Positions 36,501 through 45,431 of a DNA stretch of 64,000 bases are shown here, in pieces. This DNA is from a virus. Positions within the stretch are counted from its first letter, which is position 1. Each line of letters starts with the position of its first letter. A model generated the notes under the pieces. The model was not told where the DNA came from. It ran no database searches and was given only the letters and a program-made list of their open reading frames with translations. The stretch lies in the IMG/VR virus record IMGVR_UViG_3300048921_000363, positions 1-64,000 of that record. One strand, 5' to 3'. The position numbers were made by a program, and so were the translations under genes.

Positions 36501-38709
36501 AGCAAGGCTCCTCAATCGGTTCCCGCTTCAACGCCGAAGCACTGCCCCACCCTGCTGGCTTCTTATAAGCCCACGGCCGCTGACCACTCTTCACCAACGG
36601 CGGCAACCGAACACGACGCCATCCCAAGCGATGCATGATCGCTCCGACGCGCATCTGCTCCGGCTTGCCCCAATGCCCGAAGTCCAACTTCAACGCACTA
36701 GTCAGCACTTCGCTGCCGGTGGTGGTCTCGCCAATCTGCGACTCTTCCAGCCAGGTCAGAATCGGCCCTTCCCACTCGTCTACCACAAAGCGCTCGTCCT
36801 GCTCTTCGCCGAACATCGCCGCTTCATCCAGCGTCACCCACCAGATGTCGCCCGCGTCGTAACAGAACACTGCTTCAGCCCAGAGCTGATCGCGGATCGA
36901 ACGCAACAGCTCCAAATCCACCTTGGTACACGCCACCGGCCAGTACCGTCGGTTACCGGTCGCGTCCTTCAGGTACTCGTCCTGGTTCGTCGTCCCCACG
37001 AACACGCACTGACGCGGCACATCCATCGTGCGACGGCCGTAGCTCTCGCGGTAGGTATCGGTCGACGCCGAGAAAAACTGCTTGGCCTTGGTACTCTCGG
37101 CCTTGTTGAAGCTGTCCAGCTCGCCCAGCTCGACGATCCACTTGCCCCGGATCGCCTGAAAGCCATCCTTGTCGCCCAGGGCGAACGGCGTATCCATAAA
37201 CCATTCGCCGCCGAGGATGCTCATCGCCGTGGACTTACCGGCGCCCTGCGCACCCTCAAGAATCATCACCGAGTCAGCCTTGCAGCCCGGCTTCATCACC
37301 CGTGCCACGCCCGACAACATCCAGCGCTTACCGACCTTGCTCGAGTAATCGGTAGCATTCACGCCCATGACATCCGTGAGCCAGCTTTCCAGGCGCGGCA
37401 CGCGATCCCACTCAAGCTTGCGCAGGTACTGCCGCACCGGATGAAACGCGTGATCATGCGCGACCACGCTCACCGCCTCGATCACATGCGATGCCTTCAC
37501 CCGCAAGTTGTACTGCTGCGCGAGCCACTTCATTACCCGCACATCATCGATGTCCGCCCAATCGCCCGTGCCGCCGCCATACGGCGCCGCACGCAGCTTC
37601 ACGATCTTCGAACTGAACGCGCTGTAACTGATCACACCGGCCCAGCGTTCATCATTGGCTAGGATCAGCTCGACGTTCTGCATGTGCGCAATCAACGCAC
37701 CGCTTTCACTTCGAGCCAGCATGTCCTTCCAGCCACCAGCGGCCGGCGGCTTGACCACGGCCAGCACCTGACGGCGCACAGCCTCCAAACCTTCGGCAAC
37801 ATGCAGGTCGTTGAAGTCGGTCCACTTGATCTCCCGCTCACCGGAAAAGATCGGCGCGACCACCTGGCCACCGACGATCAGCGCCGCGTTGCTAGCCTTC
37901 TCCTCACCAGGGTTCCAGGCATCGCCGTTCGGCTTCGTGGTCTTCCAGTCATCGTCCCGACAGATGATCAACGGGCAGCCGGCGAACCGCTCGCGCATCG
38001 CCTTGCAAACCACCAGCAGGTTACCGGCGTCAAACGCGATGGACACGGTCAGCGACGTCGCCATATGCAGGCTAGCGCCGGTGGCGTAGCCTTCACACAC
38101 CAGCACCGGCTCACCCGGATCCGGATGCGGCCCGATCAGATGAAAGGCGCCCTCCTTCGACATCCCATAGGGCCAGTACGTCTTGTCGCGACCGGTGTCT
38201 TCTTGTTTGGTTGGGTACACCACCTGCAGGCCGACAATCTCGTCGCGCACGTTGCACATCGGCACCAGGAACGCACCGGTGCGCGGCGCATACCGAACAC
38301 CAATACCGACGATCTGCTTACGATCCAGATAGTCGCTCCGGCCCTTCTCCGGCATGCGCTTGAACATGCCCGCCGCACGCTTGGCCGCACGACGCGCTGC
38401 ACTGGCAGCGATCTCGGCAGCCCGGCGCTTTGCCTCTTCCTGCCGAGCGCGCATGACCTCACGCTCTTCCGGCGACATCCGCCCGGCCTTGACCTTGATC
38501 TTCTGCGATTCACCCGAACGCCAGTCACCGAACGCGCCGAAAATCAGCGTCTCACCTTTCTCGGTGCGGTGCTCGTGGACGATGTACCAGCCGTTCTTTT
38601 CCTTGCCCTTGTCCTGCGCTGTTTTGCACCGGGTCAGCTTGCCAAACACCAGCGGCTGCGCAGGCTCCAGACCGTAATCCGCGAATTGCCCCAACACTTC
38701 ATCGAGCAT
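36493..38709 (-). CDS. TOPRIM primase fused to VapE/VirE helicase
   Basis: VCEGYATG, CRDDD, DFNDL; Walker A GAQGAGKST, TTN..YLKDATGNRRYW. Confidence 0.92.
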   Translation of the reverse strand: MLDEVLGQFADYGLEPAQPLVFGKLTRCKTAQDKGKEKNGWYIVHEHRTEKGETLIFGAFGDWRSGESQKIKVKAGRMSPEEREVMRARQEEAKRRAAEIAASAARRAAKRAAGMFKRMPEKGRSDYLDRKQIVGIGVRYAPRTGAFLVPMCNVRDEIVGLQVVYPTKQEDTGRDKTYWPYGMSKEGAFHLIGPHPDPGEPVLVCEGYATGASLHMATSLTVSIAFDAGNLLVVCKAMRERFAGCPLIICRDDDWKTTKPNGDAWNPGEEKASNAALIVGGQVVAPIFSGEREIKWTDFNDLHVAEGLEAVRRQVLAVVKPPAAGGWKDMLARSESGALIAHMQNVELILANDERWAGVISYSAFSSKIVKLRAAPYGGGTGDWADIDDVRVMKWLAQQYNLRVKASHVIEAVSVVAHDHAFHPVRQYLRKLEWDRVPRLESWLTDVMGVNATDYSSKVGKRWMLSGVARVMKPGCKADSVMILEGAQGAGKSTAMSILGGEWFMDTPFALGDKDGFQAIRGKWIVELGELDSFNKAESTKAKQFFSASTDTYRESYGRRTMDVPRQCVFVGTTNQDEYLKDATGNRRYWPVACTKVDLELLRSIRDQLWAEAVFCYDAGDIWWVTLDEAAMFGEEQDERFVVDEWEGPILTWLEESQIGETTTGSEVLTSALKLDFGHWGKPEQMRVGAIMHRLGWRRVRLPPLVKSGQRPWAYKKPAGWGSASALKREPIEEPCFD

Positions 38710-38929
38710 GGCGAGCCCCTCTCAATTCCACGAGAGAAAGGCACCCAACGCACTGCGTGCAGCCGGGTTGCGCCAAGCGACGAGCCTCAGAGATCGGGTC
38801 ATCACACGTTTCGCAAAACAGAAACGAATGCGCCGCCAAGGCAGGCTTGGCGGAGAGAAGGCGTGCAGCAAGCGCTTGATCGATACGCTCTTGCACCAGG
38901 TCATTAGCAAAGTCAGCAATGTCAGCCAC
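38699..38929 (-). CDS. TraR/DksA C4 zinc-finger protein (PtrB-like)
   Basis: ADIADFA...CETCDDPISEARR..PGCTQCVGC. Confidence 0.88.
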   Translation of the reverse strand: MADIADFANDLVQERIDQALAARLLSAKPALAAHSFLFCETCDDPISEARRLAQPGCTQCVGCLSLVELRGARHAR

Positions 38930-39440
38930 GATCAACACCCCGCGTTGTCTGGTTGACATACGTGGCGCGGTTGAACATCCCCAGCAGCCCCTGAATCCCA
39001 CGAAACACCTGCAGACGAATCGCGGCGAGTTCCTCATCAGTAACGACACCGTCACCAATGCTCTTAGCCCAGGTATCCGCCAGATCTGCCACCTGCCGGA
39101 AGTAATCCGCAATGCCGGTGGTCAATGTCTCGGGCATGTCATTGGTGTACGCCTCAGCCAGCTCCTGCCAGGTCGTGTCACCGACCAACGCATGCACCGC
39201 ATCCAAAATGCGGCGATCCTTGGTCAACTCCAGAATCTCGCCGAACTCTTGAATGTTCACCGTATGGCTAGGGTGGGTTGGGGAAAGTTTGTGCTGCAGA
39301 GTGGTCGCATTCCGGCCGGTGGTGGCGGCGATGGCAGCTGCACCGCCGGGGTAGTCCCGGGCGGCATGGTAAAGCGCAAGATCGAGCGGCAAAACTTCCC
39401 GCTGCGCCCGGTCTAGAGAGCTCAGAATGATACGGCTCAT
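38922..39440 (-). CDS. Phage regulatory CII-like protein
   Basis: DYPGGAAAIA, LQHKLSP, DGVVTDEE. Confidence 0.8.
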   Translation of the reverse strand: MSRIILSSLDRAQREVLPLDLALYHAARDYPGGAAAIAATTGRNATTLQHKLSPTHPSHTVNIQEFGEILELTKDRRILDAVHALVGDTTWQELAEAYTNDMPETLTTGIADYFRQVADLADTWAKSIGDGVVTDEELAAIRLQVFRGIQGLLGMFNRATYVNQTTRGVDRG

Positions 39441-39742
39441 GGCATTAATCCTTGTAAGTTGCCAGTGCCGCGCGACATGCAGTGGTGATACATTTGCCGC
39501 GTGGCTTGAAAGGGCCCAAACGCCGGCTAGATCTTCGGGATCGATACCGGCACCGTGCCGGGGCGAACAATCCGTTGCTCACCCCTGGCGCAACAGCTGC
39601 CCAATCTGTGGTGGAAAAGGCAGCAACACCAAGGCTTCCGAGCCTTGGAAAAGCGCGATAACGGGAGGTAGTTGCATGTGGTGTGCCCGCCTACCTTTAT
39701 CGCGACCCGACAGCGCTGTGGTGGTGCGTGCCGGGAGGAACT

Positions 39743-39768
39743 GGGCGGCCCTTGGGTCGCCTTTTTTC
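39743..39768 (+). terminator. Hairpin plus T-run downstream of cro
   Basis: GGCGGCCC TT GGGTCGCC TTTTTT. Confidence 0.5.
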
Positions 39769-39771
39769 TAT

Positions 39772-40032
39772 CTACGCTGCAGCTTTCTGAGGAGCTGATG
39801 AGTTCAACAGCCAAGCAGCTTGAAAAGCATTGCCTTTCCGCTCTGCGGCACTAGCCAAAAGCTCAGCGTATTTGGTTTCACCGGTGTAATCCGTTCGCGG
39901 CAGGCATCCAGCCTGACGCCATTTGTTCAGAGCTTGATAGCTTCGATTGCATATTTTGGCGGCGGCCCCAATGCCACCTACTGCTTCAAAGGCATACGCA
40001 ATCGCGCTCGGAAAATCTGCGGGGTCCAACAT
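39772..40032 (-). CDS. Cro-like repressor
   Basis: HTH GGIGAAAKICNRSYQALNKW, LPRTDYTGET; divergent from CI. Confidence 0.8.
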   Translation of the reverse strand: MLDPADFPSAIAYAFEAVGGIGAAAKICNRSYQALNKWRQAGCLPRTDYTGETKYAELLASAAERKGNAFQAAWLLNSSAPQKAAA

Positions 40033-40046
40033 GACAGCCTCCATTT

Positions 40047-40120
40047 ATCAACTTACGGTTGATGTTATAGATCAACTGACTATTGCGCAACCTTTATGAG
40101 ACTCTCAACTCATGGTTGAT
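40047..40120. promoter_or_regulatory. OR operators CAAC-N5-GTTG
   Basis: 40049-40061 and 40106-40118 exact, 40073-40085 degenerate; same motif recurs at 42679 and 42703. Confidence 0.75.
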
Positions 40121-40843
40121 AAAAATTCTCTCCGCGCAGCTTTCAGCGAGCGCCTACACGAAGCTCTCGACGATTCCGACGTACGCAGCCGGGGTCGTGG
40201 AGTGGACATCCATCGACAGTTGAAAAGCATGGGAGTTGAGAAAACCACTCAAGCAATCAGCAAATGGCTAAACGGTGAGGCAATCGCAGAGGCCGACAGC
40301 ATGTCCGCGCTTTGCTCTTGGTTGAAGGTTCGGCGCGAGTGGCTGGAGTACGGAGTACTACCAAAACACCAGTCTGAAGAGAGCAATGTCCACAGGATAA
40401 CCGCCGATGACAGAAGCAATGTAAGCGAGGTCAATCAGCGTTTTGGCAAGGTCCCGTTGATTTCGTGGGTCCAGGCAGGCGCGTGGTGTGAAGCGATTTC
40501 AAATTTTGAATCTTACGATGCGGATTCTTGGCTGTCTTGCCCTGTCCAGATAAGCAGTCATGGGTATGCGTTGAAAGTCCTTGGTGACTCAATGACGAAC
40601 CCCGGTTCGGGTCGTAGTTATCCAGCTGGATGCATAATCTTTGTTGATCCAGAGGCCGAAACTAGAACCGGGGACCGTGTGATTGCAAGTCTACCAAGAA
40701 CCAATGAAGCAACATTTAAGGTCCTAGTAGAAGATGCCGGCTTTCAATATCTAAAACCGATAAATCCGCAGTATCCGATAATTGAAATTACGGAAGAGAC
40801 ACATATCTGCGGGAAAGTTGTCGGTGCTTTCATTCCGGAGTAA
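40112..40843 (+). CDS. CI-like repressor (HTH + S24 peptidase, PrtR-like)
   Basis: VPLISWVQAG cleavage site, GDSM, ATFK. Confidence 0.92.
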   Translation: MVDKNSLRAAFSERLHEALDDSDVRSRGRGVDIHRQLKSMGVEKTTQAISKWLNGEAIAEADSMSALCSWLKVRREWLEYGVLPKHQSEESNVHRITADDRSNVSEVNQRFGKVPLISWVQAGAWCEAISNFESYDADSWLSCPVQISSHGYALKVLGDSMTNPGSGRSYPAGCIIFVDPEAETRTGDRVIASLPRTNEATFKVLVEDAGFQYLKPINPQYPIIEITEETHICGKVVGAFIPE

Positions 40844-40847
40844 CTAT

Positions 40848-42587
40848 CTAAAGCTTTACACCATACATATTCTCAACCCTAATAGAGTTGAGTTTATTCT
40901 CACCCCCAACTTTCTTTAAAGCATCCACTACTGCGTGACTAATCGCCGCATAGAGCTCCGCATCATCCGAATTTGTAGTCGATATATTTCGAAAAGAGAG
41001 CAACCCACTTCTAATCTTTGTAGTTATATTTTCGGGAGATGAGCGCATCCACTGTACATAGTCATCTACAGTCAAGGTTGCGAGATATGCCACATCCTCC
41101 GGACTCCAAGACCGTTCAGTTGCGATCCGCCATGAGATATCATCAATATTATAATTCTTACCCGACTTACCCGCCTCAATGACTTTTGACCGTAGCGATG
41201 CATTCTTAACGCGTTCCAAGGTCCAAGAAGACATGATGGCATCATCCTTGAAACTATCATAATGAATGGATATGTAATCATCTATATATGCGTTAACGGA
41301 TTCACCCATTTCCTCCAACATCTCAATAGCAGAGGAAAAGTCAGATAATGAAATGCTTTTCAGCTCTCTATCAAGGATACTTTTAAGCTCAGACTTAAAC
41401 TTCTCGGCGTCATCCCCAAAAGAATCATGGTAAATCTTCCACGCACTCTTTAGTTCAGCGTCAACATTACTCTTACGATAATGCTCTTCGACCTCTTTAA
41501 ATACCCGTAAGACCGAGAGTTCATCAACATACCCACACTCTAGATAATTTCCGATTAGAGAGTCAAACTTTGATTCAGACATTTGCAGATCAATGTTTAT
41601 GTTTTTGAATGCCAACTGACCTTCAGTCAAGCTTTCCGCACTTGCGGATAGGTACTTTGCCCATGACCCGCCTACTAAGCTGCTCCGAAGATCTGCATAT
41701 TTTATAAAACTACTGCCCAGATAATAGGATGAACACAATACCGCCGCATGCAAATAAAACTCGCAAACCAAGCCATCCTCTTTATCTTTGAGAAATGAAG
41801 CATGCGCATGCAATAAAGCTCTTAATTTACGGAGTACCCTTACGTTCTTTACACCTATCCTAAGCACCACCGACTTCAAATATTCAACTTGATTTAATTC
41901 GGTTGTAAAGACATGAGAAAAGTTTGTGTCGCAAGACGGGTTATATAACAACTCAGCGTCAACTACTTTTTCCCGGTACGACTCAAACTGTTCTAAGTCT
42001 TTGCTGTCTTTATCAAAAGATTTTTCATTAAAAATCAGTACAACCTTACATGACTTGCGTTGAGCCAATTCATCTGCCAGCCCCATCAACTCTTTGATGC
42101 TTAGCGAACTTCCCTTCCGCTCTATATCATCAAAACAAACGACGTAGTTATTTACCACACTGTATTCAACACTGGACAACAGGCTAGAAAACTTGTCAAG
42201 CACCGGAATTTTTTTTGCCGTACCACTGATCCAACCCAGCCAGGGCAGCTTATTTTTTGCAAACTGGAGAGTAGACTTAACTTTTGGAAACTTTGAATAA
42301 AGCGTATTAGATTTTTCCAGCTCTATTTCAAATGAACGGATAACCGCATCATCAGAAGCGATAGCTCTTCCACTTTGAAATACACTAGCCTTAATATCTG
42401 CGAGAGAATTCTTTCCAAACAGGGAAACATAGCTATATGCAATTTGCTTCAGATCTTTTTTCTGGATTCGGCTGTTTATATATTCTTCCCAGAAAAAAGT
42501 TTTTCCGACACCCCAATCTCCCCTTATTACTACAACTCCAGAGTTCGACTCGAAAAAGACATCAAAAGATTTTTTCAAATACTCCAT
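40848..42587 (-). CDS. KAP-family P-loop NTPase
   Basis: Walker A GDWGVGKT, YVSLFG, Walker B VVCFDDIER, YREKVVD; AT-rich. Confidence 0.8.
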   Translation of the reverse strand: MEYLKKSFDVFFESNSGVVVIRGDWGVGKTFFWEEYINSRIQKKDLKQIAYSYVSLFGKNSLADIKASVFQSGRAIASDDAVIRSFEIELEKSNTLYSKFPKVKSTLQFAKNKLPWLGWISGTAKKIPVLDKFSSLLSSVEYSVVNNYVVCFDDIERKGSSLSIKELMGLADELAQRKSCKVVLIFNEKSFDKDSKDLEQFESYREKVVDAELLYNPSCDTNFSHVFTTELNQVEYLKSVVLRIGVKNVRVLRKLRALLHAHASFLKDKEDGLVCEFYLHAAVLCSSYYLGSSFIKYADLRSSLVGGSWAKYLSASAESLTEGQLAFKNINIDLQMSESKFDSLIGNYLECGYVDELSVLRVFKEVEEHYRKSNVDAELKSAWKIYHDSFGDDAEKFKSELKSILDRELKSISLSDFSSAIEMLEEMGESVNAYIDDYISIHYDSFKDDAIMSSWTLERVKNASLRSKVIEAGKSGKNYNIDDISWRIATERSWSPEDVAYLATLTVDDYVQWMRSSPENITTKIRSGLLSFRNISTTNSDDAELYAAISHAVVDALKKVGGENKLNSIRVENMYGVKL

Positions 42588-42676
42588 ATTCTCAAAGTCC
42601 TTTTTTCTGTGAATAGACCGCATCATATCAATGAGCCACACCTTCATCGCAAGCCTTTCACGATGCAGTCGTAATA

Positions 42677-42720
42677 ATCAACCATGGGTTGTTGACAAAA
42701 AACAACCACTGGTTGATATT
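42677..42720 (+). promoter_or_regulatory. PL-like promoter with two OL operators
   Basis: TTGACA(42692)-17 bp-GATATT overlapped by CAAC-CATGG-GTTG and CAAC-CACTG-GTTG. Confidence 0.8.
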
Positions 42721-42755
42721 CATCTCACTCTTCCACCACAGAGCGAGGCAATACC

Positions 42756-42932
42756 ATGCACACCACAGCAACCCTGCACGTCCACCCGGCCGCTGCTGAC
42801 CCCTTCCGAATCTTCGAGATCCGCCGCCTAGCCCGCGAGTGCGGCTGCGCGTTTGTCACCACCAAACTGAAGCAGCAAACGCGCACAGCCCCCGCCCCAT
42901 TCGACCCGAACGGCGGAGGGCATGCTGCATGA
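42756..42932 (+). CDS. Small early protein
   Basis: 58 aa MHTTATLHVHP...GGGHAA, GAGG RBS, ATGA overlap with next gene. Confidence 0.6.
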   Translation: MHTTATLHVHPAAADPFRIFEIRRLARECGCAFVTTKLKQQTRTAPAPFDPNGGGHAA

Positions 42933-43519
42933 TCAAGTACAGAATCGACAACCGCACCCTGCAGTTGCTGAACGCCCAGGTCAACCTGACCGAGACCTTC
43001 AACCACGTCCTCCGGACAGCGCCCAAGCGTGAATGCCTGGCGTTCCGTCTCAAGGTCGAACGAGGCACAACAGAGAGCACCTTCGTCGTCGAGCTGGGCA
43101 GCGAACGCCACACGCTGACCCTGCAGAACGACAAGAAAACGCACCTCAAGCTGGCCGACTTTATCGAAGAGATTGCCAACGGCCCATTCGACGCGAGCAA
43201 CACCAGCGACCTGGTGCACCGCCCGCATGCCAGTCGCAAATACGGCCGCTTCGAAGTCTCCGACAAACAACGCGTATTCGAGCTGGTACGCACCGGCGGC
43301 GTGCTGAGCCTCGACATGGGCTTCGACTCCCCCCTGCAGGTCGCGCTGCACCGCACCCAATCACGCTCGGGTGTCACTACCATCCTGAGCATCGGCAACA
43401 CAAACCCGCACACCCGGTGCTTCACCGTATACGGCACCGATGTCGAGATCTACGGCAAGGTCACCGAGTCCATCAACCACCTCGCTGCAGCGGCCACCCC
43501 AGCCGCGCACGCGGCATGA
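42929..43519 (+). CDS. Hypothetical early phage protein
   Basis: 196 aa, phage-like codon usage, translationally coupled. Confidence 0.7.
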   Translation: MIKYRIDNRTLQLLNAQVNLTETFNHVLRTAPKRECLAFRLKVERGTTESTFVVELGSERHTLTLQNDKKTHLKLADFIEEIANGPFDASNTSDLVHRPHASRKYGRFEVSDKQRVFELVRTGGVLSLDMGFDSPLQVALHRTQSRSGVTTILSIGNTNPHTRCFTVYGTDVEIYGKVTESINHLAAAATPAAHAA

Positions 43520-43529
43520 GGGGGACGCT

Positions 43530-43814
43530 ATGGAACGTACCCTCGCCCAAGCCGCAACCAAACTCGGCCTCACTCGGCCAAAACTCATCGCTCGCATGCG
43601 GGAAAAAGGTCTGCTCAACGAGAAGAACCTACCGGCCTACCCCAACCGTGACCGCGATTACCTGCGCATCAATAACGGTCAGTGGTACCACGACCAGTTC
43701 GGCATGCAGTACAGCCAGTCGACCAGGGTGAAACAACCCGGCATCCGCTGGCTGGCCGAACAGTTGGGCATCGACCTGCCTGCCATCCCGGCAGACAGCC
43801 GTGACGTGGCCTAG
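43530..43814 (+). CDS. Antirepressor KilAC-like domain protein
   Basis: AATKLGL..KLIARMREKGLL...TRVKQPGIRWL. Confidence 0.7.
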   Translation: MERTLAQAATKLGLTRPKLIARMREKGLLNEKNLPAYPNRDRDYLRINNGQWYHDQFGMQYSQSTRVKQPGIRWLAEQLGIDLPAIPADSRDVA

Positions 43815-43980
43815 GAAATACGCCCGCCAGATCATCGCCATGCGGACACGAGAGGAGCGCAACGCCGCGCTCCTGGAAGTGCCCGAACATCTGCGCGAGC
43901 TGACCAGAACCCACTGCCTGAACGCCTGGAACCACCCGGCCCGAAAACAACGCAAGGAGGCCCAACAGAGCCATGAGTAA
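43801..43980 (+). CDS. Small hypothetical protein
   Basis: YARQIIAMRTREERNAALLEVPEHLRELT; overlaps both neighbours. Confidence 0.55.
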   Translation: MTWPRKYARQIIAMRTREERNAALLEVPEHLRELTRTHCLNAWNHPARKQRKEAQQSHE

Positions 43981-44290
43981 CACAGCACAAAACCCGCTGC
44001 GCCTGCACCCGGCACCGGAGTCAGCCACCGTCGAACTGCTCTACCGCATCTTCGGCGACGTCCTGATCCCGCTCGACAAAGTGCGCGAACAGTACTTCCG
44101 CAACCTCAACGAGCAATCGTTCGTGGCCGAGATCAGCAGCGGCCGTATCCAGCTGCCCATCACCACGCTGGACACCAGCCGCAAGGCACCCAAGTACGCC
44201 CACATCCGGCACGTCGCCTCACTGATCGACATCCGCGCCTACAAGGCCGACGAAGACATGCAGCGGCAGCAGGAAGAAACAAACGAGTAA
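43973..44290 (+). CDS. PrtN-family (pyocin activator) DNA-binding protein
   Basis: LLYRIFGDVLIPLDKVREQYF...HIRHVASLID. Confidence 0.8.
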   Translation: MSNTAQNPLRLHPAPESATVELLYRIFGDVLIPLDKVREQYFRNLNEQSFVAEISSGRIQLPITTLDTSRKAPKYAHIRHVASLIDIRAYKADEDMQRQQEETNE

Positions 44291-44346
44291 CCCCAAAACC
44301 GAACGGCTGCAACCACCAGCCAATGACATCACCAGGAGCACACCAC

Positions 44347-44826
44347 ATGACAGAAGTTCAGATCTACGCACTGATAGCAATCATCCTAATGATTGCCGCC
44401 ATCTGCTGGCTCGCCTACCGGAATGGCTACAGCAACGGCCATGCCGATGGCCAATCACAAGGCTACAGCGAAGGCTATGACGTCGGCGGCTGCGTTGGGT
44501 ATCGCGATGGCGTCGACGAGGGGAAAGCGATTCAGCGCTCTGACGACTCGGTGGAGATCCGCAACCTGACGCACTCCCTCGAACAGGCTCAAGAACACCG
44601 CAAGAAACTGTTCGCACATTACGAACGCGCCTTGTCGGCATCGAAGCTCGGAGAGCCTGCACGCCAGACCCTACTGGAAATCGCCGAAAAACTGCGCATC
44701 GCTTCCGAAACATTCGCCGCCTTCCGCACCGGAAAAAAACTCGAACGCGACACACGCACCCTTCGCGACCAGGCACTCGCCATAGCAGCCCTGCTGGAAC
44801 CAGCAGACCAGGAGAGGGCCGCATGA
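44347..44826 (+). CDS. Hypothetical membrane-anchored protein
   Basis: N-terminal TM, G-x-x-x repeat, coiled coil; AGGAG RBS. Confidence 0.65.
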   Translation: MTEVQIYALIAIILMIAAICWLAYRNGYSNGHADGQSQGYSEGYDVGGCVGYRDGVDEGKAIQRSDDSVEIRNLTHSLEQAQEHRKKLFAHYERALSASKLGEPARQTLLEIAEKLRIASETFAAFRTGKKLERDTRTLRDQALAIAALLEPADQERAA

Positions 44827-45431
44827 GCCAGACCTGCCCCCAATCCAAAACCCACCGCAACCCGGCCTACACCCAAGTAGCGGCAGATGAACCAACGCGC
44901 AATCGAACTTCGGAGGAAAGCGGCATGCAAAAGGACCAGAACGACAACCAACCCACGACCGCTTTGCTCCGCAAGGAAACCAGCGTCGACGCATTAGAAA
45001 CAAGCAGCCTCTGCTGCGCAGCAGCAGGCATTATTGCATCTTCCAGCAGCACCGCTGAGGCACTTATACCCCACGAAAAGCTGCGCGAGGCAGCCACACC
45101 CAATGCAACGCTAACCGCTCAAAATCGCCCGCCCGCGCAGCTTGCTGTGGGGTATCCGCCCCCTGACAGCAACTCTGATAGTCCATCACAAGAAGCCGTC
45201 GACGAAGTGCAGATCGACGAGCGCGTCGAGTTCGAGAAAGAGTTCCCGATCCCTGAGGGCCTGAAGCACTGCGCCCAGCGAGGCACCTACATCACCGCAC
45301 CAGGTACGGAGACATCCGACTCTTTCGCCCGTGAGCATTACGCGTACCGGGCCGGCTTCGTAGCATGGAAGCGCAGAGCCTGGAAGCACGCCGCACTCGT
45401 TGGCCAACAAGCCGAAGGAGTCCGCACGTGA
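44823..45431 (+). CDS. Hypothetical phage protein
   Basis: 202 aa, ATGA/GTGA overlaps at both ends. Confidence 0.55.
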   Translation: MSQTCPQSKTHRNPAYTQVAADEPTRNRTSEESGMQKDQNDNQPTTALLRKETSVDALETSSLCCAAAGIIASSSSTAEALIPHEKLREAATPNATLTAQNRPPAQLAVGYPPPDSNSDSPSQEAVDEVQIDERVEFEKEFPIPEGLKHCAQRGTYITAPGTETSDSFAREHYAYRAGFVAWKRRAWKHAALVGQQAEGVRT

